From positions 64,001-128,000 of the forward strand of contig CAWFJP010000013.1 in assembly GCA_963816145.1 (NCBI GenBank): a stretch of DNA of 64,000 nucleotides, in the 5' to 3' direction. This DNA is from an uncultured delta proteobacterium (GTDB taxonomy: Bacteria > Desulfobacterota > Binatia > UBA9968). Position 1 is the stretch's first letter; the number at the start of each line of letters is the position of its first letter. Under the pieces are notes generated by a model. That model saw only the letters and a program-made list of their open reading frames with translations. It was not told the DNA's origin and did no database searches. A program made the position numbers and the translations under genes. This document shows, piece after piece, positions 28,579-38,900 of this stretch.

Positions 28579-29529
28579 TTATTTACCTCCAGGCAGCATC
28601 GAAAAATCGAGAAACTTCTGTGGGTCGAGATCGGCGGGTATGGGTCTCTCTTGGCGGAGAACATCCAGATAACCGCGGGCGAGCTTCAGCGGCAAGCGGC
28701 CGTCTTTGTTTAGCGTGCTGAGAAACGTCTCGTAGGTGCCGTTCGCTTCGGTTGCCGTGATCTTAAATTTGTTCGAGATCATATTCACCGCATCGGGCCG
28801 ATTAGCGCGTATCCATGCTATCGCGTCGAGAGCTGCGGTGATGGTCTTTTGCACTCGCTCCCGATTATTTGTCACTTCCGCTCTGGTCGTTACCAAGCCC
28901 GACGACGGAATGTCGATTAGGTCGCCGATCAAGGCGAATTTTTTGAATCCTTTGGTGACGGCTTTATCGTCGAACGGCGGTGTCAGCACGGCGCCGGCGA
29001 CTTGCTCGCTGGCAAGGGACGCGAAGCTACCGGCGGTGCCTCCAGTCATGATGAAGCCGACGTCTTTGTCGTTGAGTTCTACTTTCTTGAACCAAGCCAT
29101 CATCAAGTAGTGCCCTGTCGTTCGGATTCCAGATATTGCAACCTTCTTGCCGACGAGATCCTGAGGTTTGTTGATCTCTTTGTTGGTCACGAGCATCCAC
29201 GGCGTAATGTTGTAGAAATTGAGCACCGCGACGAGTGGCAGGCCGGCGACCGCGGCGGATATCCCGGTGGCGAGCGACGGGAAGAAGTTGATATTGCCGT
29301 TTAAGAGCGCCTGGGGCTGGATGCTGGTGTTCATCTGGATGAACTCCGCTTCGAGCCCGGCTTTTTTGAGCAAGCCTTTTTCCTGGGCGACGTAGAATGG
29401 CATGTAAGTGAGCGCCAACGAGGGCAAGCCGATGCGGATTCTTTGCAGCGCTTCCGCTCCATGGCTGGCGCGCGCATATACACACGCTACAGTTAGCGCG
29501 ATCACGATCGCTGGCAGTTGTCGTTTCAT
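28579..29529 (-). CDS. ABC substrate-binding protein, NMT1/SsuA-like
   Basis: Signal peptide MKRQLPAIVIAL; VAQEKG, DLVGKKVAIS. Confidence 0.86.
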   Translation of the reverse strand: MKRQLPAIVIALTVACVYARASHGAEALQRIRIGLPSLALTYMPFYVAQEKGLLKKAGLEAEFIQMNTSIQPQALLNGNINFFPSLATGISAAVAGLPLVAVLNFYNITPWMLVTNKEINKPQDLVGKKVAISGIRTTGHYLMMAWFKKVELNDKDVGFIMTGGTAGSFASLASEQVAGAVLTPPFDDKAVTKGFKKFALIGDLIDIPSSGLVTTRAEVTNNRERVQKTITAALDAIAWIRANRPDAVNMISNKFKITATEANGTYETFLSTLNKDGRLPLKLARGYLDVLRQERPIPADLDPQKFLDFSMLPGGK

Positions 29530-29568
29530 GTTGTGACTCCCTGACGAAAGACGGACTCCGAAGTTTTT

Positions 29569-29596
29569 ACCGCAAAGGTCGCAGAGAACGCAAAGG
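29569..29596. repeat. Tandem 9-mer array (single arm)
   Basis: ACCGCAAAG GTCGCAGAG AACGCAAAG. Confidence 0.55.
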
Positions 29597-29789
29597 GAGA
29601 TCGGACTATTCGCATGATCTGCGCGGTAACCAATAAGATGACCGGCCCCACGGCGCAGCGAATGTCGCAATGGCTCGGATAGGACAAGAGCACGACATGC
29701 CGCACCACTACGAAACCATGGTTGGACGAATATTGACAGCTGCCGACGCGGCTCTTAGAGTGGGCGGCTACATTGGGGTGAAATAAGCT

Positions 29790-30917
29790 ATGCTGACAAG
29801 GGCAATCTTACTGCTTGTATCGATATTCTTTATCAGCGTTCACAGTTATGCAGCTGATGCTCGGCCGGCGTGGCGTGTTGAGTGGGATAAGACCACAGCA
29901 GCGGCGGAGAAGGAAGGCGCTCTCAGCCTCTACGTTTTCGCAGCTGGGCCGCTGACTGAAGAAACGGTTCATGCTTTCGAGCGCGCTTATCCGAAGATTA
30001 AAGTTAACCAGCTGCGCGGCCGAGGCAACGATCTGGGTCCGCGGCTGGTGGCCGAGCGGCGCGCCGGAAAGTATCTCGCCGATCTGTTCGCCGGCGGCAA
30101 GGGGACGGCGTACACGACGCTTTACGTCGGCAAAATGCTCGATCCGATCAAACAGATCCTCGTGCTGCCCGAGGTCGTCGATGAATCGAAATGGTGGCGC
30201 GGCGAGCTGAAGTACGTCGACCCGGAGAACAAATATATCTTCGTTTATATCGGCAACGCCGGCGGCGTCGAGATCAATTACAATACCAACTTTGTCAACC
30301 CGCACGAGTTTGGCTCTTACTGGGATTTGATCCAGCCGAAGTGGAAAGGCAAAATCACCGCCACCGATCCGCGCTCCCGCGGCATGGACAATCCAGTGTT
30401 ATTTTTCTATTACCACGCCAAGCTTGGGCCCGAATTTATTCGCAAACTTTACGGCGATATGGAGGTCGCGATCGCGCGCGACTATCGCCAGCCGGTGGAT
30501 TGGCTGGCGTCGGCAAGGTACGCGCTCTGCATCCCCTGTGTTTCGGACGAAATGGACAAGGCCATGGACCAGGGGTTGCCGGTGGGGCAAATTCTTCGGC
30601 TGAAAGAGGGCGGCACCCTGAGTTCTTCCGGCGGCACTTTGAGCTTGTTGCAGAACGCGCCTCATCCCAACGCGGCGAAGGTGTTCGTCAACTGGCTCTT
30701 GTCGCGGGAAGGACAAACCATGGTGCAAAAAGGCCGTAAGGGGCGTCCGCGTACCGCATCAAATTCGCTGCGCACCGATATTGCCAAGAACGATCTGCCG
30801 GAGGAAGTACAGCGCCGGGACGGCGTTGAATACTTCGACGCCGATGATGACAGACAGGCCGACCGCCGTCCGGCAGACAAGTTGTTCGATGAGATTTTCG
30901 GCAAGGCGGGTAAATAA
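29790..30917 (+). CDS. Extracellular solute-binding protein (AfuA/SBP_bac_6-like)
   Basis: Signal peptide; AAEKEG, ERRAGKY, PKWKGKI, APHPNAAKVFVNWLLSREGQ. Confidence 0.88.
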   Translation: MLTRAILLLVSIFFISVHSYAADARPAWRVEWDKTTAAAEKEGALSLYVFAAGPLTEETVHAFERAYPKIKVNQLRGRGNDLGPRLVAERRAGKYLADLFAGGKGTAYTTLYVGKMLDPIKQILVLPEVVDESKWWRGELKYVDPENKYIFVYIGNAGGVEINYNTNFVNPHEFGSYWDLIQPKWKGKITATDPRSRGMDNPVLFFYYHAKLGPEFIRKLYGDMEVAIARDYRQPVDWLASARYALCIPCVSDEMDKAMDQGLPVGQILRLKEGGTLSSSGGTLSLLQNAPHPNAAKVFVNWLLSREGQTMVQKGRKGRPRTASNSLRTDIAKNDLPEEVQRRDGVEYFDADDDRQADRRPADKLFDEIFGKAGK

Positions 30918-30920
30918 AGA

Positions 30921-30948
30921 GTCCAAGGTTCAACGTTCAAAGTTCAAT
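30921..30948. repeat. Tandem heptamer GTTCAAN array (single arm)
   Basis: GTCCAAG GTTCAAC GTTCAAA GTTCAAT, 3 nt after a stop codon. Confidence 0.75.
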
Positions 30949-31032
30949 GTCAGAACCGGAGTCTACCGGTTCGACTATCTCCTTTGTTATAAAGAATCGA
31001 ACGAACGGCTGGTTGGCAATTGGGAGAACGCT

Positions 31033-32040
31033 ATGACGATCATCGTCAAACTGAGTCGGGTACTTACGTTAGTTCTTACGCTCCTTGGTATTGCCGCGCC
31101 GGGCGCAGCGCAGGACAAGTCCTTGAAGAAGATTTACTGGGGCGTGTCGACGCTGTCGCCGACCTTGTGGATACCGTGGATCGCCAAAGAGGCGAAGCTT
31201 TTCGAGAAGCACGGGCTTGACGTCGAGCCGGTTTTGCTCAACGGCTCAGGGCGCACCTCACAGGCGCTGTTGTCCGGCAGTTTGTTCGCCGCATCGGTGG
31301 CGTTGCCGCAGGTGATGCTGGCGGACTTGACCGGCGCCGATTTGGCAAACGTCGCCCATGGGATCGGCGTGCAGGCGAGCCGGCTGATGGTCCGGCCGGA
31401 GATACGCAAGGTCGAGGATCTCAAGGGCAAGCGCATTGGCATTTCAAGTTTGGGTTCCGCGGGCGATTTATTGTTCGGCTACGTGCTGCGCAAATACGGC
31501 ATCGACACGACGCGCGAGGTTATCTGGCTCGCGGTTGGCAACACCGCTGAACGGCTCCAGGCGTTGATGTCGGGTACGGTGGATGCTGCGGATATGACTT
31601 ACCCGGCCGATGTTGAAGCCGAGCGCAAAGGTTTTCGTGCGCTGCTCGACGCGCGCAAGGAGATCGTCTATCCGACCGCATCGGTGGTGACGCGGCGCAA
31701 GACGATCAAAGAAGAGCGCGACACGGTGATGCGCTTCGTGCGCTCGTTTGTCGAAGGCATCGCCTATCTCAAGCAGAACAAGGAGTTCAGCAAGAAGGTG
31801 CTGACCAAATACATGCGCACGACCGATGCGGAATATCTCGAAGGTTCTTACAACATCTTCCGCAACGATTTCATTTCAGTGCCCTATCCGATCACAAAAA
31901 ATCTTGACGCGATCTATGAGATAGCGGCGTTTCGCCGGCCGGAGATCCGCACGCATAAAGCCGAGGAGTTCGTCGATACTAGCTTTGTCGCTGAGCTGGA
32001 AAAGAGCGGATTTATCAAGCGACTTTATGAGGGAAAGTAG
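31033..32040 (+). CDS. ABC substrate-binding protein, NMT1/SsuA-like
   Basis: RBS GGAG then ATG 31033; signal peptide; LFEKHGLDVE, DLKGKRIGISSLGS. Confidence 0.88.
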   Translation: MTIIVKLSRVLTLVLTLLGIAAPGAAQDKSLKKIYWGVSTLSPTLWIPWIAKEAKLFEKHGLDVEPVLLNGSGRTSQALLSGSLFAASVALPQVMLADLTGADLANVAHGIGVQASRLMVRPEIRKVEDLKGKRIGISSLGSAGDLLFGYVLRKYGIDTTREVIWLAVGNTAERLQALMSGTVDAADMTYPADVEAERKGFRALLDARKEIVYPTASVVTRRKTIKEERDTVMRFVRSFVEGIAYLKQNKEFSKKVLTKYMRTTDAEYLEGSYNIFRNDFISVPYPITKNLDAIYEIAAFRRPEIRTHKAEEFVDTSFVAELEKSGFIKRLYEGK

Positions 32041-32049
32041 GATTTGCTA

Positions 32050-32138
32050 TCACCACGAAGGCACGAAGAGCACGAAGTTCGGAATTTTAATTGTCCGAAA
32101 CCTTCGTGACCTTCGTGACCTTTGCGCCTTCGTGGTGA
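32050..32138. repeat. CACGAAG/CTTCGTG inverted tandem hairpin, copy 1
   Basis: TCACCACGAAG GCACGAAG AGCACGAAG ... CTTCGTGAC CTTCGTGAC CTTTGCGC CTTCGTGGTGA between convergent genes. Confidence 0.85.
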
Positions 32139-32181
32139 AAATCTTGTTCAGTTACCCAGCGCAATAAGTCTAGCGCAAAGA

Positions 32182-33228
32182 TCACGCGCCTTTGCGGCCG
32201 GTTTCCTTCAGCAGCTTGTCCCAGCGTTCCAGCTCCTTTTCGTATTTATCCAGTGGGTAGTCGCGTTCGGGGCGCCACTTTTTGAAGCCGTAATTGGTCG
32301 ACGCGTTGCCGTAGTAATATTTTCCCAAAATCCCTTGGCCTTCGGGGCCGAGCAGGTAGTCGGCGAGCAGCAACGCGGCGTGCGGATGAGGCGGCTGGAC
32401 TGCGACGGCGACGCCGCCGACGTTGGTCGGCACGACATCCATCGGCACCCATTCGACCGGCGCCCCCTTTTGCTGCGCGACGATCACATGATTGCGAAAG
32501 ATCGCCGCGCCGGCGAGCAGTTCTCCCGACGCGATGAGATCGAGCAAGGCCGGCGGGATGATGGTATGTAGGGTAATCTCCTGGCCCTTCAATTTTTTCA
32601 GTAGCTCCGGCCCGCGCGTTTTCAAGATCGCCGCGATCACTTTGGTGCTGGTATCGTCGAGGGTGAGACCCAGGCGGCCTTTAAGCGCGGGATGAAGCAG
32701 GCCCTCGTAATTTTTCGGCACGGCATCTTTGGGCAGCAGGTTTTTATTGTAGCCGAAACCGATGTAGGACTCCCGCGCGGTGCCCCAAAAGTAGAGTCCC
32801 CGCTCGCCTCTGACCTTGGCGTCCTCAGGATAGTTGGCGAAATACGGCGAGTGGTAGGGGCGCAGCAAAAACGCTTCGCGCTGGAACATCAGATTGGCTT
32901 CGGTGGTTTCGATGGTATCGACGATTGGCTTCTTGGCCTTGGCTTCCTCGACCATTCGGTTGGTGATCTCGCCGCCGTTGGTGCGGTAGGCTTCGATCTT
33001 GACGCCCGCATACTTGGACTCAAAGGCTTTGATCATACCCTTGTAGGAGTCGCCGGCGAGCGATGTGTACCACGTTACTTTGCCCTCGGTCTTCGCCCCT
33101 GCATAAAGCACCGCTTCGCGGTCCTTGGCGTTGTAGGTGACCAGTTCGGAAATGGTCATCGGTTGGCGCTGGGCGAGCAACTCGTTGGGGAATACGATGG
33201 AGAGAATTAATAATAATAAAATCTGCAT
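32182..33228 (-). CDS. Extracellular solute-binding protein (AfuA-like), tandem paralog 1
   Basis: GAKTEGKVTWYTSL, PPHPHAALL. Confidence 0.88.
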   Translation of the reverse strand: MQILLLLILSIVFPNELLAQRQPMTISELVTYNAKDREAVLYAGAKTEGKVTWYTSLAGDSYKGMIKAFESKYAGVKIEAYRTNGGEITNRMVEEAKAKKPIVDTIETTEANLMFQREAFLLRPYHSPYFANYPEDAKVRGERGLYFWGTARESYIGFGYNKNLLPKDAVPKNYEGLLHPALKGRLGLTLDDTSTKVIAAILKTRGPELLKKLKGQEITLHTIIPPALLDLIASGELLAGAAIFRNHVIVAQQKGAPVEWVPMDVVPTNVGGVAVAVQPPHPHAALLLADYLLGPEGQGILGKYYYGNASTNYGFKKWRPERDYPLDKYEKELERWDKLLKETGRKGA

Positions 33229-33291
33229 CGTCGATGAACTCCTCCAATGACTTGTAGCGCGGTGGGTGCAGAGTCACAACCCCGGACGGCT

Positions 33292-34344
33292 TTACAGGGC
33301 GCGGCGGCTGATCTCTTTCAAGAGCTTTTCCCAGCGCTCCAGCTCTTTTTCGTATTTGTCGGTGGAGATGCCGTGGTCGGGGCGCCATTTTTTGAAGCCA
33401 AGATTTTTCGCTGCGCTGCCGTATTCATATTTGTCCAGGACCGCTTGGCCTTCAGGGCCGAGCAAATAGTCGGCCAACAGCAAGGCGGCGTGAGGGTGGG
33501 GCGGTTGCACCGCGATGGCGGCACCGCCGACGTTGGTTGGCACGATGTCCATCGGCACCCATTCCACCGGCGCGCCCTTGGCGATGGCGTTGAGCGTATG
33601 GTTGCGGAATATTCCCGGCGATGCCAGCACCTCTCCTGAAGCGATCAATTCCAACAGCGCCGGCGGAATGATCGTGTGCAGGGCGATTTCTTGCACCTTC
33701 AACTTTTTGACGAACTCTTGGCCCTTGGTGCGCAGCATGGCACCGATGACTTTGTAGGCGGGATCGCTCACGGACACGCCCATGCGGCCTTTGAGTTCGG
33801 GATGGAGCAGTCCTTCGTAGTTTTTCGGCACGGCATTCTTTGGCAGCAACTTCGTGTTGTAGGCAAAGCCGATATACGACTCGCGCGCGATGCCCCAGAA
33901 ATACAAACCGCGCTCGCCTTTTTCCTTGGCGTCTTCCGGATAACTCGCGAAGTGCGGCGAGTGGTAGGGCCGCAGGAGAAAGGCGTCGCGCATGAACATC
34001 AAATTGCCTTCGGTGGTTTCGACGGCATCGACGATGTAGCGCTTGGCCTTGGACTCCTCCATCATGCGCACGGTCATGTCGGAGCCCGATACGCGGTAAG
34101 CATCGAGCTTGACGCCGGGATATTTGGTTTCAAAGGCTTTGACCATGCCCTTGTACGAGTCGCCGGAGAGCGAGGTGTACCAGGTGACCTTGCCTTCGCT
34201 CTTGGCGCCGGCATAGAGCACCGCCTCGCGATCCTTGCCGTTGTAGGTGACCAGCTCGGCGATCGTCATCGGCTTGCGCACCTGAGCGCAGAGATGAGCC
34301 GGGTATAAGATCGATAACGCGGTTAGAATCATTAGAAAATGCAT
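33292..34344 (-). CDS. Extracellular solute-binding protein (AfuA-like), tandem paralog 2
   Basis: Start set at MHFLMIL (RBS GAGGAG); very similar to paralog 1. Confidence 0.88.
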   Translation of the reverse strand: MHFLMILTALSILYPAHLCAQVRKPMTIAELVTYNGKDREAVLYAGAKSEGKVTWYTSLSGDSYKGMVKAFETKYPGVKLDAYRVSGSDMTVRMMEESKAKRYIVDAVETTEGNLMFMRDAFLLRPYHSPHFASYPEDAKEKGERGLYFWGIARESYIGFAYNTKLLPKNAVPKNYEGLLHPELKGRMGVSVSDPAYKVIGAMLRTKGQEFVKKLKVQEIALHTIIPPALLELIASGEVLASPGIFRNHTLNAIAKGAPVEWVPMDIVPTNVGGAAIAVQPPHPHAALLLADYLLGPEGQAVLDKYEYGSAAKNLGFKKWRPDHGISTDKYEKELERWEKLLKEISRRAL

Positions 34345-34366
34345 CGCGGTGTTCTCCTCTGAGTTG

Positions 34367-35416
34367 TTAACGTTGAGTGATTTCCTTGGCGAGCTTTTCC
34401 CACTTCTCGCTGTCCTTCTCGAATTGTTCGAGAGAGCGGCCGAAGCCGGGGTGCCATCGTTTGAAGGGCAGATTGTTGGACGGATGACCGTACTGATATT
34501 TCTCCAACACTCTGCGCGCTTCGGCGCCGAGCATGAAGTCGACAAACAGTGTCGCCGCGTGCGGGTGTGGCGGCTGGGCGCTGAGACTCATGCAGCCGGA
34601 GTTGGTCGGCACCAGCTCCATCGGTACCCAGCTCGCCGGCGAGCCGCGCTCCGCCGAGACCATGGCGTGATTGCGATAGATGTGAAACGACGCGCCGAGC
34701 TCTCCCGACGCCATTAAGTCCACCAGCGCGGCGCTGCTGACGGTGTAGACGCGGATCTGCTGCGCTTTAAGTTTCTTGACGAACGCTTCGCCCTTGATCT
34801 TGATCATGGCGCCGATCATGCGCGCCGAGCTTTCATTGAGCGTGATGCCCATTTTGCCTTTGAGCTGCGGATGGAGCAGACCGTCGAAACCTTTGGGCAC
34901 TGCATTGGCCGATACTTGCTCCCTGCTGAAACCGAACCCCATGTACGACTCGCGAAAAATCGTCCAGAACGTCAGGCCGGCATCGGCCTTCTCTTTGGCT
35001 TCGCTGGGGTAGCCGGCGAGCAGCGGTGAATTGTACGGCCGGGTGAGGCCGTAGGCCTTCGACACCATTGTGAAATCGTACGTCGTTTCGAGCGTGTCCA
35101 TGGTCGACCGGCGCGCTTTGGTTTCCTCCGACATGCGCGCGACCAGGTCGCTGCCGCCGGCGCGAAAAGCTTCGACGCGCACTCCGGGATATTTTGTCTC
35201 AAATGCGCGCGACAGTGCCTTGTACGAGTCGCCTGCCAGCGAGGTGTACCAGGTGATCACACCTTCGCCCTTGGCGCCGGCGTAAAGCATCTGCTCGCGA
35301 TCGGCGCCCATGTAAGTGGAAATTTCCGACACGGTAGCGGGGGGTTTGCGCGGCTGAGATAAAAGCTCCGAGTAGGTCACTAGGAGAAGGATAAGGCTAA
35401 GGAATATCACTCCCAT
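34367..35416 (-). CDS. Extracellular solute-binding protein (AfuA-like), tandem paralog 3
   Basis: GAKGEG..TWYTSLAGDSYK, PPHPHAA. Confidence 0.88.
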   Translation of the reverse strand: MGVIFLSLILLLVTYSELLSQPRKPPATVSEISTYMGADREQMLYAGAKGEGVITWYTSLAGDSYKALSRAFETKYPGVRVEAFRAGGSDLVARMSEETKARRSTMDTLETTYDFTMVSKAYGLTRPYNSPLLAGYPSEAKEKADAGLTFWTIFRESYMGFGFSREQVSANAVPKGFDGLLHPQLKGKMGITLNESSARMIGAMIKIKGEAFVKKLKAQQIRVYTVSSAALVDLMASGELGASFHIYRNHAMVSAERGSPASWVPMELVPTNSGCMSLSAQPPHPHAATLFVDFMLGAEARRVLEKYQYGHPSNNLPFKRWHPGFGRSLEQFEKDSEKWEKLAKEITQR

Positions 35417-35983
35417 GATTTTGCCATTTGCATCGCATGTATCTTTTTATTGATTCGCTAGTCCAACCCTGGCCGCCGGTTAACTTACAACTTCAACGAC
35501 GCTGACGACAAGCGACAGTTCACTAATTCTTCAACACCTAATCAATATCCTGGCCGCTTTGGTCCCCAGTCGCGATCTCGTATGTGGTGCGATTGGCATC
35601 ATGAAGCAGTCTGGCGAGAAAATACGATCGTGCGCCATTGGCAGCAGAGCCGTGCCTGGGCGAGAACACACTTTTGGTCACATTAGGTCATTTTTGTACA
35701 AGATAAGATATGGGTGCGCATCTAAGCAAGTCTCAGGACTCCTCGAGACCTGGGTCATGGCCGGCTTTGCATAATCACTTCTGTTAGACAGAAAGAATTG
35801 GCGGTCTAAAGAGTTTTTACGCCTATTCGAGACATTGCGAGTCTCGGCTCTTGCGCGCCACTAAGGCAATCGCCGTTGGCATAGTCCACTATTCGCTGGA
35901 GACTCAGTCGGGTTTTTTACTACGCTTGCGCTCATCAACGCTGGTAGGACTCTTGCACTTCTTTCGATACTTCAAGGCGGGAT

Positions 35984-38900
35984 TTGCCGCAAAACCGACG
36001 GAAAAACTTCTTGAAGAAGTCATCTTTGTTGCTACAAAAGCGAGCCTGTTTACTAGCCACATGCTTGGTTTTGACGGCGTTCGCGTTTCTCTCTCGAGCT
36101 TATGCGGCCACCATCACTTCAGCGGCGACGGGGAACTGGGGCACTGGGGCAACCTGGGTCGGCGGCGTAGCGCCTGTGGCAGGTGACAATGCCGTGATTG
36201 CAAACGGCCATACGGTCTCATTGACCGCTGCGTCGTCCATCACCGACATCATTATCAACAATGGCGGTGTTCTGGCAGGGAGCACCCGTCGGCTGACGGC
36301 TTCGGGTAATTACACCAACAACGGTACGCATAGTGGCACCGGTGGTGTGACCCTCACCGGCACCAATACCACTATCAACGGAACCGGAACGACTTCGAAT
36401 ACCGGAACCTTCATTGTTCAAACCGGTAACAAGTCCGTTGCCGCGGCAGCCAACTTGACGATCGCCGGCGCCATCACCATTACCGGCGCGATCACGGTGA
36501 CCAACAACGGCACGATCACCGGCACCAGCACAAGCGCCATGACCGGATCAGTGGCTAGCAGCACCTGGGTCAACGCTGTCAATGCGACGCTGAATATTGC
36601 CGCATCCGCTGTATTGGCGACGGGTACACTCGACGCCGCTGCCAACCCCAATACCGTCAACTACGACCGCGGCGGCAATCAAACGATCAAGGGGACCACC
36701 TACCATCACCTCACCGTGAGCACCGGCGGCACCAAGACAGCCGGCGCCGCGCTTACGGTGAACGGCGATGTTACCATCGGCGCCGGAGCGACGCTGGCGC
36801 TTGGCAGCTTCAGTCACTCGTTCAAGGCGAGTATCACGAATAACGGAGCCTTAACCGCATCAACGAGCACCGTGACATTGAATGGCTCAGCCACACAAAC
36901 CATCAGCGGCTCTTCCGCCACATCGTTCTATAATCTCACCATCAACAACATGAACGGAATTTCACTCAGCAGAGCTGCGACTGTCACCCGTACGCTGACA
37001 TTTACCAGTGGTAACGTTATGACCGGTGTCAACGCACTGACTCTCAGCTCGACCGGCTCGGTCTCGCGCACCAGCGGACATGTGGTCGGTAATTTCCAGA
37101 AAAACATCGCAACGGGAGCTACGTCGAAAACATATGAGATCGGCGATGCAACTAATTACACGCCGGTCAGTGTGGTGTTCGGCAGCGTTACCGTTGCGGG
37201 CAATCTTACGGCATCCACAGCTGCGGGTGACCACGCAAACATCGGTGCCACGCCGATCGATAGTGCAAAGAGCGTTAATCGCACCTGGACGATGACAAAC
37301 ACCGGAATCACGTTCACCAACTATAGCGCGACGTTCACTTTCGTGCCGGGAGATATCGATGCTGGCGCAAACACGAGCAACTTCGGTGTTGGAAAATACG
37401 CCAGCGGGTCGTGGAGCTATCCAACGGTCGGTACGAAAACAGCCACGACTACACAGATGACGGGGGTCACATCATTCGGCGATTATCAGATTGGCGAATT
37501 GCCAACGGTAGCCTTCAGTGCAACGACCTCCAGTGGATCTGAATCCGTCACCGCTGTATCGATTCCGGTGTCGTTGACCCCAAGCGCGAGCCAGACAGTG
37601 ACGGTGGATTACGCTGTGACCGGCGGAACAGCCACGGGAGGCGGAGTCGACTACACGTTCGCCAACGGGACGTTAACCTTTACAGCGGGTCAGACTAGCC
37701 AGAACATTTCGCTCACAGCGGTGAACGACACTCTGGACGAAGTGAACGAGACAATTCAGATTACCTTGTCGAATCCGGTAAACGCCGTTTTGGGCGCTAA
37801 TACCGTCCATACCTACACGATCAACGATGATGATGCAGTGCCGACGGTAACGCTGTCTTTGACTGGCAGTCCGATGGCGGAGGCGGCCGGTGTGGCGACG
37901 GTCAGCGCCACTTTATCGGCTGTGTCAGGGCAAAATGTCACGGTGAATTTGAGTTTTAGCGGTACCGCCACACTGACCAGCGATTACACGCGCTCCGGCA
38001 CGTCAATCACGATTCCGGCCGGCAGCACGACGGGAAGCATCACGCTTACAGCGGTTCAAGACAGTATCGACGAGGCAAATGAGACGATTATCGTTGACAT
38101 CAGCACGGTGACCAACGGCACCGAATCGGGCACTCAGCGAGTAACCGCGACGATCACCGACGACGACCCGGTCCCAACGGTAACGCTATCTATGACTGGC
38201 GGTCCGATGGCGGAGGCTGGGGGTGTGGCGACGGTCACCGCCGCTTTATCGGCTGTATCGGGAAGAAGTGTCACGGTGAATTTGAGTTTCAGCGGGACTG
38301 CCACACTGACGAGCGACTACACGCGCTCCGGCACGTCAATCACGATTCCGGCCGGTAGCACGACGGGAAGCATCACGTTAACGGCCGTACAAGACAGCAT
38401 CGACGAGCCCAACGAGACGATCATCGTTGACATCAACACGGTGACCAACGGCACGGAATCGGGCACTCAGCAAGTAACCGCGACGATCACCGACGACGAT
38501 GCGGCGCCGACCGTGTCGCTGTCCTTGACTGGCAGTCCAATGGCGGAGGCGGCCGGTGTGGCGACGGTCATTGCGACTTTGTCTGCTGTTTCCGGGCAAG
38601 TTGTCACAGTTGATCTTTCTTTTTCCGGAACCGCTACACTGACGAGCGACTACACGCGCTCCGGCACGTCGATCACGATTCCAGCTGGCAGCACGACGGG
38701 AAGCATCACGCTTACAGCGGTTCAAGACAGCATCGACGAACCCAACGAGACGATCATCGTTGACATCAACACGGTCACCAACGGCACGGAATCGGGCACT
38801 CAGCAAGTAACCGCGACGATCACCGACGACGATGCCGTGCCGACGGTGTCGCTGTCCTTGACTGGCAGTCCGATGGCGGAGGCGGCCGGTGTGGCGACGG

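Noticed and set aside
30781-31032. N-terminal extensions of the ORF calls at 30781, 34545, 29670, 56767, 57998 and 52969
   Set aside because: Downstream ATGs give proper RBS and/or signal peptides; the extensions run through repeats, neighbouring genes or intergenic DNA
35417-35983. Riboswitch or sigma-54 promoter upstream of the giant gene
   Set aside because: Only small GAGAC/GTCTC hairpins; no recognisable riboswitch consensus, and I found no well-spaced TGGCAC-N5-TTGC match
35984-36020. Tat-like NRRKNFLK at the start of the giant protein
   Set aside because: Spacing deviates from RRxFLK and a 3,220-aa substrate is implausible for Tat; Sec export is more likely
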